DNA of 64,000 bases from contig CBDBZU010000004.1 in the NCBI GenBank assembly GCA_965213625.1, forward strand, positions 1,152,001 through 1,216,000. The letters run 5' to 3'. This stretch comes from a bacterium (GTDB lineage: Bacteria > UBA8248). The notes under the pieces are model-generated. The model saw only the letters and a list, made by a program, of their open reading frames with translations, made no database searches and was not told where the DNA came from. Position 1 is the first letter of the stretch. Every line of letters starts with the position of its first letter. Position numbers and translations under genes: made by a program. Below, piece by piece: positions 49,888 to 60,499 of the stretch.

Positions 49888-50883
49888 ATGCTTTTTCTCA
49901 CCGAAGAAGACGTATACGCCGCCTTGGAGGGCCTCGATGTGTACAAAGAGGCCATCGAGGTCATCGAAGAGATTTTCCGCCATCAGGCGACGGGTGAAGC
50001 GACCCGATTCAAGAGGATCACCCTGGAGCATCCCGACCGTCCCGGTCATCTATGGCACAACATCCGGATATTGCCCGGTATGGTCCCGGGCGTCGGCGCG
50101 GCAGGCGTTCGCGTGTACTCCGGCCACCAGGGCTCGAACCGCTCGGAGATCATCTGTCTGTTCGACTGGAACGACATGGGCATGTCCGCCGTCATCTCGG
50201 ACTATTACCTCCATACCATCCGCACATCGGCACCTTACGGCGCCGCTGTGAAGCACCTCGCGAGGCCCGACGCCAGGAAAATCGGCATCATCGGCACCGG
50301 CCGCTTGGCGCGCGGCCAGATACGGGCCGCCTGTGCGGTTCGGGACATCGCCCAGATCAAGGCTTACAGCCGAAGCGCCGAGAACCGCAGAAAGTTCTGT
50401 GAGGAAATGGAGTCGGCACTCGGGGTCGAGGCGGTGCCCGTTGAAACGGGCAGAGAAGCCGTCGAGGGAGCCGACATCATGATCACGTCAACTTCGGGGA
50501 ATACCATCGTCTTCAAGGGAGAATGGCTCGAACCCGGCGTGCTGTTCATGTCTGTAGCGCCGGGAGAGATAGACGAAGAGACGGTGCTGCGCTCGACGCG
50601 CGTGATTCTTGCGGCGACGGACCAGGTTCTATACGACAAGCCGCCCCGAAAGCCGTTTCCGGCGCTTCTGGAGAGCGGGAAGTTCAGGGAGGAGGACGTG
50701 GCGGCGGAGTTCTGCGACGTGGTCGCGGGCAAGAAGCCCGGCCGCGTTTGGGACGACGACATCATCCTCTACGAGTCGCCCGGTATGGGGATTTTCGACG
50801 TGGGCGTGGCGAACTGGGTCTACGGCCTGGCGAAAAGCAAGCGTATCGGCACGGAGCTGGCATTCGGGGAAGAGCGCGAGTGA
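49888..50883 (+). CDS. Ornithine cyclodeaminase/mu-crystallin family protein
   Basis: IRTSA, IGIIGTGRLA, AYSRS, ADIMITST, GKKPGR and YESPGMGIFDV. Confidence 0.88.
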   Translation: MLFLTEEDVYAALEGLDVYKEAIEVIEEIFRHQATGEATRFKRITLEHPDRPGHLWHNIRILPGMVPGVGAAGVRVYSGHQGSNRSEIICLFDWNDMGMSAVISDYYLHTIRTSAPYGAAVKHLARPDARKIGIIGTGRLARGQIRAACAVRDIAQIKAYSRSAENRRKFCEEMESALGVEAVPVETGREAVEGADIMITSTSGNTIVFKGEWLEPGVLFMSVAPGEIDEETVLRSTRVILAATDQVLYDKPPRKPFPALLESGKFREEDVAAEFCDVVAGKKPGRVWDDDIILYESPGMGIFDVGVANWVYGLAKSKRIGTELAFGEERE

Positions 50884-51014
50884 GCCGGGGACGCAAGACG
50901 GTTTTTTTGCGGTTCGATGATTTAAGCACACCTCGTTGAATTACCTGTATCCCGGTGACATCCGGGAGGGGCCGGATGGACCGGACGACAAGACAATCGG
51001 AGGGGGGATCGGTC

Positions 51015-52013
51015 ATGAAACAAAAGAAATGCGCAGCGGTACTTGTTATCGCGGCGGCTATGTTTCTGCTGCCGTCCGTAAGCCTGGGCGCGGGGAAATT
51101 CCGCATCGGACACACCAAGCTCATCATGGGGTCGCCGGCGGTGGTGGCCGACAGGCTGGGCTACTTCGACCGGACGCTGGGCAAGGGTAAATACGTGGTC
51201 AAGACTTTCAAGATGGGCAAGCTGATGATGCAGGCGTTGCTCTCTAACTCGCTGGACGTAGGTGGTGCGGCCTCACGGCCCTTCGTCACCTCTACGTCGA
51301 AGTCGAAGAAGATCACGGGGCTGAGAATCTCGAACTACTACTGCCGCTCCGCGCACTTGATGGTTCGGCCGGACTCCAAAATTCGCTCCGTAGCGGATCT
51401 GAAAGGCAAGCGCCTGGGGATCGGAAAAGCTTCGGGAACGAACTTCATTTTCCGGAATTTCATCGCTCCGGCCCACGGGCTGAAGAAGGGCGATTGGACG
51501 GTGATCAACACCCTGGCCACGGATCGGGTCGCGGCGCTGCGATCCGGCAACGTGGCGATGATTATGGTGGCGAATCCCGCCGCCACGATCGCGCACGAGA
51601 AAGGATACGCGCGCACCCTGGAGAATTACTGCAAATACGCCAAGGTCTACTGGCTCGTCTTGACGCGGAAAAAGGCGGTTGAGGAGCAGTCCGACCGGGT
51701 CGTCAAGTTCTTGCGGGGGTGGCTCAGGGCGGTTCGGCTTCAAAAGGAGAATCCGGCGCTCTACGCGCGCACATATTGGCAGCATCTCCAATCGAAGGGA
51801 TCGAAGCTCTCCCTCGAACTGGTGCGCAAGAACGTGGACGACCTGGAGTTCCCGCCGCCGTTGGTGGATGAGAACGAGCGGAAGTGGCTGGTCGGCGTGG
51901 CGAAGGTCCTGAAGAAAGAGAAGAAGCTGTCGCGCACGCGTACCTACCGGGATGGGGACGGATTCGATTTGGCTCCACTGAGAAATGCCTTAAAGGCCGA
52001 GGGCATGATGTAG
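51015..52013 (+). CDS. ABC transporter substrate-binding protein (SsuA/NMT1/THI5-like)
   Basis: Signal peptide, VADRLGYF, SKIRSVADLKGKRLG, AALRSGNV and VVKFLRGWLRA. Confidence 0.88.
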   Translation: MKQKKCAAVLVIAAAMFLLPSVSLGAGKFRIGHTKLIMGSPAVVADRLGYFDRTLGKGKYVVKTFKMGKLMMQALLSNSLDVGGAASRPFVTSTSKSKKITGLRISNYYCRSAHLMVRPDSKIRSVADLKGKRLGIGKASGTNFIFRNFIAPAHGLKKGDWTVINTLATDRVAALRSGNVAMIMVANPAATIAHEKGYARTLENYCKYAKVYWLVLTRKKAVEEQSDRVVKFLRGWLRAVRLQKENPALYARTYWQHLQSKGSKLSLELVRKNVDDLEFPPPLVDENERKWLVGVAKVLKKEKKLSRTRTYRDGDGFDLAPLRNALKAEGMM

Positions 52014-52164
52014 CCGCTACACTAGGTGAAGCGGTACCGTACACACCGGATCGGAAGAACGCCTTTCGCCTTGATTAGCCGGTCGAGTTGCCTGCGGTTT
52101 ACGGTCGCCGGACGAACAGCCCGAATACGTGGCTTCTCGGCCTTAACGCAAGAGGGAAGAGCCA

Positions 52165-54186
52165 TTGAGCGGCTGGCGGATCGGCGTGGACGTCGGAGGC
52201 ACCTTTACGGACATCGCTCTCGTGGAGGAGACGACGGGCCGTGTCGGCGTCTACAAGGTTCCCACGTCCGCCGGCGAGCCGGTTTCAGGCGTCTTGGAAG
52301 GCGTGCGGGAAGGGCTCCGGGGCGAAGGCCTGGACCCTGCGGACGTCGTCTACTTCGGCGCAGGCTCCACGCTTGCGGTCAACACCATCATCCAGCGCAC
52401 GGGAGTTCCTACCGGGCTATTGATAACGGAAGGTTTCCGGGACGTCCTGGAGATCCGCCGGACCCGGCTTCCCGACGCGCCCAGCTTTGAAGCGGCCAGA
52501 CCCGTGCCGCTGGCCCGCCGGGCGCATGTCCATGAGGTGAGAGAGCGCCTCGGTGCGGACGGTAGCGTCCTGCGTCCGCTCGATACGGATTCCGTTGTGC
52601 GGGGAGTCGAGGAACTCTTAGGCGCGGGCGTCTCGGCCGTGGCCGTCAGTTTTCTGCATTCCTACGTCAATCCGGTCCATGAACAAGAAGTCCGGGCGGT
52701 CATCGCCGAGCGCTGGCCGGATTTGTTCGTCTGCGCGTCGTGGGAGACGTGGCCCCAGCAGCGCGAATACGAGCGGACGCTGGTGTGCGTGATGAACGCC
52801 TACGTCGGTTCCACCATGCGCTCCTATTACGGAAAGCTCGAGGAAGGCCTGCGGGCGATGGGAATCGGCTGTCCGATCCTGATCACCCAGTCCAACGGCG
52901 GGACGGTCTCCATCAATGAGGCGGCGCGGATACCCGTGCGCACGATGCTCTCGGGGCCGGCTTCTGGGGTGATGGCAGCTGCGAAGTCCGCACGTGAATA
53001 CGGCGAGGCGAAGCTCTTCACCCTGGATATGGGAGGCACCAGCGCGGACATGTCCCTCATCGACGGCCAGCCCCGCGTCAGCGTGGAGAGCACGATAGGG
53101 GATTTCCCGCTTTTTCTTCCCGCCGTCGCCATCGAGACCATCGGCGCCGGAGGCGGATCGATTGCGTGGGTCGACCCTCACGGTGTCTTGAAGGTGGGGC
53201 CACGTTCGGCGGGGGCCGAACCGGGGCCTGCGTGCTACGGCCGCGGCGGCCGGGAGCCTACCGTTACGGACGCCTATCTCGTAACGGGTATCCTGGGCGA
53301 GAACGACCTGCTGGGCGGCCGGATGACGCTTTCCCGGGAACGAGCCGAAGACGCCATCGGCGGGCTGGGCGAAGCCCTGGGCGTGGGGACGGTCCGGGCG
53401 GCCGAAGCCGTCCTGCGGGTCGCAACGGCGAATATGGTCGCCTCGTTTCTGCCGATGATCGCGCGCTACGGCGTCGACCACCGCGAGTTCAGCCTCCAGG
53501 CCTTCGGGGGCGCCGGGCCCACGCATGCTTTCCTGCTGGCGGCCGAGGCGGGCATCCGGAAGCTCGTCATCCCTCCTGCGCCGGGGGCGATGTGCGCTGT
53601 GGGAGCGGCCGTGTCGGACGTCCAGATGGATTTTGTCCGCAGCGTCCGCACTGAATTGTCGGATGAGGAGGGAATGGAAGAGATGTTCGCGGAGATGGAG
53701 AAAACCGCACGGCGTTGGCTCTATGAGCAGGGTTTGGAGACCGACTCAGCGGAGTTCGAGCGGAGCGCGGATATGCGCTACAGGGGACAATCGTTCGAGA
53801 TCATGGTTGGACTTAACCGTAACGGGGATTCTCAAGAAGCCTTCCACCGCAGATATGAAGAGACCTTCGGCTACCGCGACACCGAGAGCGCGATCGAGGT
53901 GCTGCAGATCCGCATGCTCGCCAGGGCGCCGAATCGGATGGTAGGCGCTGCCTCCGCCTCCCGGACTGGCGAATCGGACGGGTTGGCGCCCGTGGAGACC
54001 CGCGAGGTGACGTATCAGGGGAGCAGGCTCGCCGTTCCCGTCTACCAAAGAGCCCGAATCCCCAGCGGTCTTAGGCTCTCGGGGCCTGCCGTACTTCTTC
54101 AGTACGACACGACCGTTTTCGTCACGCCCGGGTTCGATTTCCGGGTCGATGAGTCGGGCAACCTTCACGCGGAGGCGACAGGATGA
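52165..54186 (+). CDS. Hydantoinase/oxoprolinase subunit A (ATP-dependent lactamase)
   Basis: IGVDVGGTFTD, LSGPASGV, DMGGTSAD, IGAGGGSIA, GPRSAGAEPGPACYGRGG and DMRYRGQ. Confidence 0.93.
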   Translation: MSGWRIGVDVGGTFTDIALVEETTGRVGVYKVPTSAGEPVSGVLEGVREGLRGEGLDPADVVYFGAGSTLAVNTIIQRTGVPTGLLITEGFRDVLEIRRTRLPDAPSFEAARPVPLARRAHVHEVRERLGADGSVLRPLDTDSVVRGVEELLGAGVSAVAVSFLHSYVNPVHEQEVRAVIAERWPDLFVCASWETWPQQREYERTLVCVMNAYVGSTMRSYYGKLEEGLRAMGIGCPILITQSNGGTVSINEAARIPVRTMLSGPASGVMAAAKSAREYGEAKLFTLDMGGTSADMSLIDGQPRVSVESTIGDFPLFLPAVAIETIGAGGGSIAWVDPHGVLKVGPRSAGAEPGPACYGRGGREPTVTDAYLVTGILGENDLLGGRMTLSRERAEDAIGGLGEALGVGTVRAAEAVLRVATANMVASFLPMIARYGVDHREFSLQAFGGAGPTHAFLLAAEAGIRKLVIPPAPGAMCAVGAAVSDVQMDFVRSVRTELSDEEGMEEMFAEMEKTARRWLYEQGLETDSAEFERSADMRYRGQSFEIMVGLNRNGDSQEAFHRRYEETFGYRDTESAIEVLQIRMLARAPNRMVGAASASRTGESDGLAPVETREVTYQGSRLAVPVYQRARIPSGLRLSGPAVLLQYDTTVFVTPGFDFRVDESGNLHAEATG

Positions 54187-56213
54187 ACGAAAACCCGGCG
54201 CCCCGAACGAACTCCGACCCCGTCCTCCTGGAAATACTTCGGTGCCAGTTTCAGGGGGTCGTGGAGGAGATGGGTGAATTGCTGACCCGCTGCGGCCATA
54301 CCGTATTCGTCAAGGAAACCCAGGATTTCATCGTCGCCCTGGTGACGCCCAAAGGAGAGGTGGCGGCCTGCTCCGTGGATATCGGGCTCTGGATAGGGGT
54401 CGGCCAGAATTTCAAGGCCGTGATCGACGCCGGGGGACCTTATCGTCCCGGCGACGTCTGGTTCACCAACGACCCGGAACAAAGCAGGGGCCTGGTCACC
54501 CATCTGCTCGACGTATTCTGCTGGCGTCCCATCTACCACGACGGCGAACTCGTCTGCTTCGCGGTCGCCTTCATCCATTGCACGGACGTTGGCGGGCTCG
54601 CGCCCGGGTCCATCGCGCCTTCCGCCGTCGACCAGCATCAGGAAGGCGTGGTCATTCCTGTGACCCGGCTCGTCGCCGAAGACGGAATGAGGGAAGACAT
54701 TTTGCGGATCTTCCTTCGGAACTGCCGGGTTCCGGACAAGAACCGGGGCGACGTACTGGCGATGCTCGGCGCGCTCAAGCGCGCGGAATTGCGCGTAACA
54801 GGTCTGGCCGGGAAGTACGGCGCGGTAGTGTTGAGGACGGCGCTCGACGACGTTCTGGATTACGCCGAGGCCCAGGCCCGCTCCCTGATACGAGAGGTTC
54901 CAGACGGAGACTACGAGTTCTGGGACTATCTCGAGGGGGATCTGATGCCCGAGGGCCGCCACGTCCGGATCCGCCTGACGCTGAGGATTCGGGGTGAGGA
55001 GATGATCCTCGACTTCGAGGGCACGGACCCGCAGGTGGCGGCGGCGTTCAACATTCCCTCCTACAGCACGGATGGTCACTACCTCCTGGTCATGGGCGTG
55101 GTCAACTTCATGCGGAGCGTCAAGCCGGACCTTGTGTACAACTCCGGGCTGGTCCGGCCCGTCGGAGTGAACGCGCCGCGGGGGTCGCTCCTCAATCCCG
55201 AGCCCGGTGCGCCCTGCGGAGCCCGGCAGGCCACGTTTTTCAAAGTGGCCGATATCGTTCTCGGCGCCTTGGCGCGCGCCTGGAGGGAGCGGATGCCCGC
55301 CGCGGGCTGTGGTCAGGGTTCCATCATGCTGGTGTCGGCGCCGGATTTTTCCACCGGGACGAACCTGGTGAGCACAGTCCAGCCCCTCGTGGGCGGGTCG
55401 GGGGCGCGGCCCTTCGACGACGGTACGGAAGGAGTCGATTTCACCACGGGCTTCTACCGGAACATCCCCACCGAGGTGCTGGAGTCGGAGATACCCGTCC
55501 TGGTCGAGCGCTACGGGCTCAAACCCGATTCCGGAGGAGCGGGGCGCTTGCGCGGCGGGAGTGGCCTGGACTATTCCCTTCGAATTCTTGTGCCCGGCGG
55601 GGTTGTGACGGCCCGGGGGCTGGAGCGGTTTCATTTTCAACCCTGGGGAAGGGAAGACGGCCTGCCGGGCGATACCGGGCGGGCGTTCCTGCAAGCCCCG
55701 GGCGAGGACCCGCGGCCGATTGAAAAGATAAACGTGCTCGATGTCCCGGCGGGCGGAATCGTCCACGTCCACTCGGCGGGTGGCGGCGGTTTCGGCCCGC
55801 CCTGGGAACGCGACCCCGCGCTGGTGCTGCGGGACGTCGAGGACGGGCTGGTCTCCGAAGAGTGCGCCGGGGAGGTCTATGGCGTGGTTATACGGGAGGG
55901 ACGCATCCTGGAAAAAGAAACCGCCGATCGTCGGCGAGCGCTCAGCGCCGAGGGCGGAGGCTCGCCCGCTCCGTTTTCTTTCGGTGCCGCCCGGGAGGCG
56001 TTCGAGCGACTTTGGCCGGATGAGTCGCAAGTGGCGATCAACCGGGCTACGGAGGGCATCCCCGCCGCCATACGGCAGCATGTCCGCTTCGAGGCGATGA
56101 GAGTCGTGGAGGCGAATCGCGCGGGAGCGGAGCCGGTCGATGAGCAATGGCTAAAGGCCAGGGTGAGCAAGATCATCGAAGGGATGAGCCCGCAGTCGAC
56201 GCATTCCGCCTGA
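54183..56213 (+). CDS. Hydantoinase B/oxoprolinase subunit
   Basis: ATGA overlap with subunit A; TNDP...THLLD, HCTDVGGLAPGS, QEG, DFEGTDPQ, DSGGAGRLRGG and AGGGGFGPP.ERDP. Confidence 0.93.
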   Translation: MNENPAPRTNSDPVLLEILRCQFQGVVEEMGELLTRCGHTVFVKETQDFIVALVTPKGEVAACSVDIGLWIGVGQNFKAVIDAGGPYRPGDVWFTNDPEQSRGLVTHLLDVFCWRPIYHDGELVCFAVAFIHCTDVGGLAPGSIAPSAVDQHQEGVVIPVTRLVAEDGMREDILRIFLRNCRVPDKNRGDVLAMLGALKRAELRVTGLAGKYGAVVLRTALDDVLDYAEAQARSLIREVPDGDYEFWDYLEGDLMPEGRHVRIRLTLRIRGEEMILDFEGTDPQVAAAFNIPSYSTDGHYLLVMGVVNFMRSVKPDLVYNSGLVRPVGVNAPRGSLLNPEPGAPCGARQATFFKVADIVLGALARAWRERMPAAGCGQGSIMLVSAPDFSTGTNLVSTVQPLVGGSGARPFDDGTEGVDFTTGFYRNIPTEVLESEIPVLVERYGLKPDSGGAGRLRGGSGLDYSLRILVPGGVVTARGLERFHFQPWGREDGLPGDTGRAFLQAPGEDPRPIEKINVLDVPAGGIVHVHSAGGGGFGPPWERDPALVLRDVEDGLVSEECAGEVYGVVIREGRILEKETADRRRALSAEGGGSPAPFSFGAAREAFERLWPDESQVAINRATEGIPAAIRQHVRFEAMRVVEANRAGAEPVDEQWLKARVSKIIEGMSPQSTHSA

Positions 56214-56240
56214 AGAGGAAATCTCACACTCCCCGCCCCA

Positions 56241-56270
56241 TTGACACCTGCCTCCCCCCCGCATCATATT
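56241..56270 (+). promoter_or_regulatory. Putative sigma70 promoter for uvrA
   Basis: TTGACA (56241-56246), N18, CATATT (56265-56270). Confidence 0.5.
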
Positions 56271-56325
56271 GAGGGGTTATCGCTTCGTCAGTCGCCCGCA
56301 TTACCCATAGAGTTGTCACGAGGAA

Positions 56326-59220
56326 ATGAGTACCCAAATCGAAACGCCCCCCGCCGTATCCCTGATGGAAGATATCCGCATCGAGGGCGCGCGGGAACAC
56401 AACCTGAAAGACATCTCCCTCAAGCTCCCGAGGGAGCGCTTCATCGTCGTCACGGGCCCCAGCGGTTCGGGCAAGTCCTCTCTCGCGTTCGACACCATCT
56501 ACGCGGAAGGCCACCGCCGCTACGTGGAGAGCCTCTCCACCTACGCGCGGCAGTTCCTGGAGCGCGTGGACAAGCCCGACGTGGACTACATCGAGGGCAT
56601 CAGCCCCGCCATCGCCATCGAGCAGTACAACCCGGTGAACCATTCGCGCTCCACGGTGGGTACGGCGTCTGAGATTTACGACTATCTGAGGCTGCTCTTC
56701 GCGAAGGCCGGAAAAATCCATTGCCCCGACTGCGGGAGTGAGGTCGCGCCCGCCACGGTCGACGGCACGGTGGCGCTCTTGCTGAACACCCATGAGGGTT
56801 CGAGGGGGTTCGTTCTCTTCCCGATGGGGGAGGTTGATTCGGATGATTTGCAGGGGGAACTCGAATCCCTGATGGGGCAGGGCTACGTCCGGGTAATGGT
56901 GGACGATGAGATCGTGAACATCGGCCCTCCGCTTTTCGAGAGGCTGAAAGAAGAGGCTGAGCCGCCTCCCAAACCGAAGAAGCGGGGCCGTCCTCGCAAA
57001 AAAGAGCCTCGTGAAGAGAGGCCCGCCGTGCGGAATCATCATGCAATTCGCGTAGTGGTGGATCGCCTCAAGTTCTCCTCCAGAAACCGCGCGCGCCTGG
57101 GCGAATCGCTGGAGACCGCGTTTCGGGAAGGTGGCGGCGTCGCCGAGGTGCAGTTCGTGGACGGGCCGAGGCTTCGCTTCAGCCAGCGGCTCGAGTGCTG
57201 CGGCCACACCTTCGAAGAACCCGTTCCGCACACGTTCAGCTTCAACAATCCAAACGGCGCCTGTCAGGAGTGCGGCGGGTTCGGGAACACGCTCAGCTTC
57301 GATGAGTCCCTCATCATCCCCGAACCCAGGAAAACGCTCGCCCAGGGTGCGGTGGAGCCCTGGGCGCGGCCGCGCTACCGCCGTTATTTCGGCGAGCAGT
57401 TACAGGACGCCGTCAAGTCCGAGGGCCTCGACATCCACACCCCCTGGGCGGAGATGCCCGAAGACCAGAAGAAGATGGTGTTCGAGGGGGCTGGGTCGTT
57501 TCTGGGCGTGTACCGTTTCTTCGAGAGGCTCAAGCGCAGGAAATACAAGGTCTGGGTGCGCGTGATGATCAGGCGCTACCAGAGCCTGCAGAAATGCGCC
57601 TCCTGCGGGGGAACGCGCCTGCGCCCCGAGGCGCTCTGGATCAAGCTGGGCGATCGCACCATCGCCGATATTTGCGCCATGCCGGTGAGCGAGTTGCGCG
57701 AATACTTCGAGGCCCCGCCGCTCACGCCCGATCAGCATGCGCGCGCGAGCGACGTCTTGAAACAGGTGCGCGAGCGTCTCGATTTTCTGCACAAGGTGGG
57801 TCTCGAATATCTTACCCTGGACAGGGAGACCAGAACCCTGAGCGGGGGCGAGCACCAGCGGATCAATCTGGCGAACCAGTTGGGCGCGCACCTCACGGGC
57901 ACGCTCTACATTCTGGACGAGCCGACCATCGGCCTGCACCCCAGGGACAACGCCCGCTTGGTGAGCATCCTGAAAGACCTGGTCGATCGGGGGAACACGC
58001 TGCTCGTGGTCGAGCACGACCGCGACGTCATCGACGAGGCGGACCACGTGGTGGACCTGGGTCCCGGCGCGGGCGAGCGCGGGGGCGAGGTGGTTTTCTC
58101 AGGACCCAGAGAAGAGCTCGACCTGTGTGAACGGTCGGCGACGGCGAAGTTCCTGAGCGGCGAGCGAGAGATCAGTCCGCGCAAGATCAAGCGCGGGGAG
58201 AACGGGAGCTGCTCCTACCTCTCCCTGCTGGGCGCACAGGCGAACAATCTGAAAAAGGTGGACCTCCACGTTCCCCTGGGCCGTCTGGTGGCGGTCACCG
58301 GCGTCTCCGGCTCGGGGAAGAGCACACTGGTGCACGACACGCTCTATCCGGCGCTGGCGCGTATTCTCCACGACGGCAAAGGCGCCATCGGCCGCTTCGA
58401 GCGGATAGAGGGCTTCGAGGAGCTCGATTCGGTCGTCCTGCTCGACCAGAGCCCTATCGGCAAGAGCCCCCGCAGCAACCCCATCACCTACCTCAAGGCC
58501 TACGACGCGATCCGCCGCCTGTTCGCGGACACGCCGCTGGCGCGGAACATGGGCTATAGCCCCGGACATTTTTCGTTCAACACCACCGGGGGGCGGTGCG
58601 AGTCCTGCACCGGGAGCGGCATCCAGAAGATTGAGATGCACTTCATGGCCGACATCTTCATCCGCTGTCCCGATTGCGAGGGCAAACGCTTCAAGCCCCA
58701 GGCCATGGAAATCCAGTACAAGGGCAAGAACATCCACGACGTGCTGAACCTCACGGTGGACGAGGCGAGCCTCTTTTTCGATCACGTGCCCTCGGTGCTG
58801 AACAAGCTGCTCATCTTGAGGGACGTAGGACTCAACTACCTCCGGATCGGCCAGCCCGTGAACACGCTCTCAGGCGGCGAGGCGCAGCGCCTGAAGATAG
58901 CGGGCCAGCTGGCCGCCAAGCCGCCGAGAGACGTCATGTACCTATTGGATGAGCCGACCACGGGTCTGCACTTTCAGGACGTGGAGCGTCTGCTGAACGT
59001 GCTGACGCGCCTCGTGGGGCTGGGGAACACGGTGGTCGTCGTCGAGCATAATCTGGACGTCATCCGAAACGCCGAGTGGGTGATCGACTTAGGGCCCGAG
59101 GGAGGCGACAGGGGCGGTCGCATCGTCGCCGAGGGCACGCCCGAGGAGGTGGCGCAGAATCCCCGCTCGCACACGGGCGGGTTCTTGAGGAAGTATTTCG
59201 AAGAGGCGGTGGTGGGCTGA
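56326..59220 (+). CDS. uvrA: Excinuclease ABC subunit UvrA
   Basis: [27 protein letters not shown], zinc-binding Cys motifs, LSGGEHQRI...[14 protein letters not shown] and [10 protein letters not shown]...LDEPTTGLH. Confidence 0.96.
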   Translation: MSTQIETPPAVSLMEDIRIEGAREHNLKDISLKLPRERFIVVTGPSGSGKSSLAFDTIYAEGHRRYVESLSTYARQFLERVDKPDVDYIEGISPAIAIEQYNPVNHSRSTVGTASEIYDYLRLLFAKAGKIHCPDCGSEVAPATVDGTVALLLNTHEGSRGFVLFPMGEVDSDDLQGELESLMGQGYVRVMVDDEIVNIGPPLFERLKEEAEPPPKPKKRGRPRKKEPREERPAVRNHHAIRVVVDRLKFSSRNRARLGESLETAFREGGGVAEVQFVDGPRLRFSQRLECCGHTFEEPVPHTFSFNNPNGACQECGGFGNTLSFDESLIIPEPRKTLAQGAVEPWARPRYRRYFGEQLQDAVKSEGLDIHTPWAEMPEDQKKMVFEGAGSFLGVYRFFERLKRRKYKVWVRVMIRRYQSLQKCASCGGTRLRPEALWIKLGDRTIADICAMPVSELREYFEAPPLTPDQHARASDVLKQVRERLDFLHKVGLEYLTLDRETRTLSGGEHQRINLANQLGAHLTGTLYILDEPTIGLHPRDNARLVSILKDLVDRGNTLLVVEHDRDVIDEADHVVDLGPGAGERGGEVVFSGPREELDLCERSATAKFLSGEREISPRKIKRGENGSCSYLSLLGAQANNLKKVDLHVPLGRLVAVTGVSGSGKSTLVHDTLYPALARILHDGKGAIGRFERIEGFEELDSVVLLDQSPIGKSPRSNPITYLKAYDAIRRLFADTPLARNMGYSPGHFSFNTTGGRCESCTGSGIQKIEMHFMADIFIRCPDCEGKRFKPQAMEIQYKGKNIHDVLNLTVDEASLFFDHVPSVLNKLLILRDVGLNYLRIGQPVNTLSGGEAQRLKIAGQLAAKPPRDVMYLLDEPTTGLHFQDVERLLNVLTRLVGLGNTVVVVEHNLDVIRNAEWVIDLGPEGGDRGGRIVAEGTPEEVAQNPRSHTGGFLRKYFEEAVVG

Positions 59221-60405
59221 TCAACTTCCTGCGGCGCGTCACGCTTCGGCGCCTTGCGCTGGCCGCTTCGTTTCTCTTGCTCCTTTTGTTCGTGGCATCG
59301 CGTTTTTCTCCGAGCCTTCGCCACCCGGTGGATTCCCTCCTGATGGCGCAGGGGCTTATCGACGTGCGGAGTGGCGGCTGGCTCTCGCATCTCACGAAAA
59401 AGCCGGCAAGAACAGAGATTTCATTCGGTGGCATTTTCGCGGATTCCTATTCGCCGGGTGATTTCCTGGGCTGGGGCGATACGCCCGCGCGCGGATGCGT
59501 CGTCCTCGTCCACGGAATGACCACGATGGGCAAGGCGGATCATCGGCTGGTGGCGTTCGCGGAGTCGCTTGCGAGGTTAGGTTTCACGGCGCTCGTCCCC
59601 GATTTGCCCGGCATGAAACAGTTTCGCCCCGAGGAGGCGGACATTGCGCGCATCGCGAAGTCATTCTCGTGGATGACGCGGCGCGGCGCGGGTTCGTTCG
59701 ACAGGTGCAGTATCCTTGCGTTTTCCTTCGCCGCCGGCCCTGCCCTTCGCGCGGCGGCAAGTCCTGCGGTGGGCCAGAAGATGGGCGCGTTCATCGGCGT
59801 GGGTGCCTATTACGATCTTAAAAACGTGCTGAGACACCTCACCACGAGCGGCGGACAGAACCGGCCCGCCTTCCCCGGCGGGCTGCCCATCCGCCACGGA
59901 AAATGGCTCTTCCTGCGCTACAACTTGGAACTCCTGGGTCTGGAGGGCCACCGGGATCGGGTCGAGGCGGTCGTTTCGAGAAAGCGGAAAGACGAAGCGG
60001 CGGATATCGGTGATTTGCTCGCCGGCTTGCCCGAGGGTGCGCGCGCCATCATCGCCTTGATGGAGAACAACTCGCCCGAGCGCTTCGAGGCGCTTTATGC
60101 GCGGGGAGGAGCCGCACAGCGCGCACGTTTGCAGGGTTGGGGGATGCGCGACGTCGTTCCCGGGGTGAGGGGGGAAGGAATTTTTTCTGCACGGGCGTGA
60201 GGATCCCTTCATTCCGGCGTCCGAGAGCATCCTGCTGGCGAATCGTGCGCGGGAGACCTCAGGCGATGCGGCGTCGTCCTTCGTCTTCGGTGGTTTTCGT
60301 CACGTGGGCATCAAGGCGGACGTTTTTTCTCCAGCCCGGATTCTGGATGGCGCGCGTTTTTTGGGTTTTATATCCGCCGTCCTGAGCGCGATGGAAGAGA
60401 GGTGA
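59217..60405 (+). pseudogene. Membrane-anchored alpha/beta hydrolase with an apparent +1 frameshift in a G6 run (60169-60174)
   Basis: The first frame has a hydrophobic anchor, VLVHG, VPDLPG and a nucleophile elbow AFSFAAG, then stops at TGA 60198-60200. The +1 frame continues FFLHGREDPFIPASES...FRHV to TGA 60403-60405. Start uncertain (CTG overlapping the uvrA stop). Confidence 0.65.
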
Positions 60406-60499
60406 GGAGTGGTGCGCGCCCGCCCTGTCCGCATGGCGCGGCGGTGGAGCGATGTAGTAGGCTACGGGCGATCTCACCTTATCTGAAGAGGGCGTCGGC

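Noticed and set aside
54165-56147. 660-aa minus-strand ORF
   Set aside because: Exactly shadows hydantoinase B; stop-codon scarcity on the antisense strand is expected at this GC and codon bias.
60198-60200. Selenocysteine readthrough of the hydrolase TGA
   Set aside because: The missing catalytic motifs are in the +1 frame, not in-frame after the TGA, so a frameshift explains it better.
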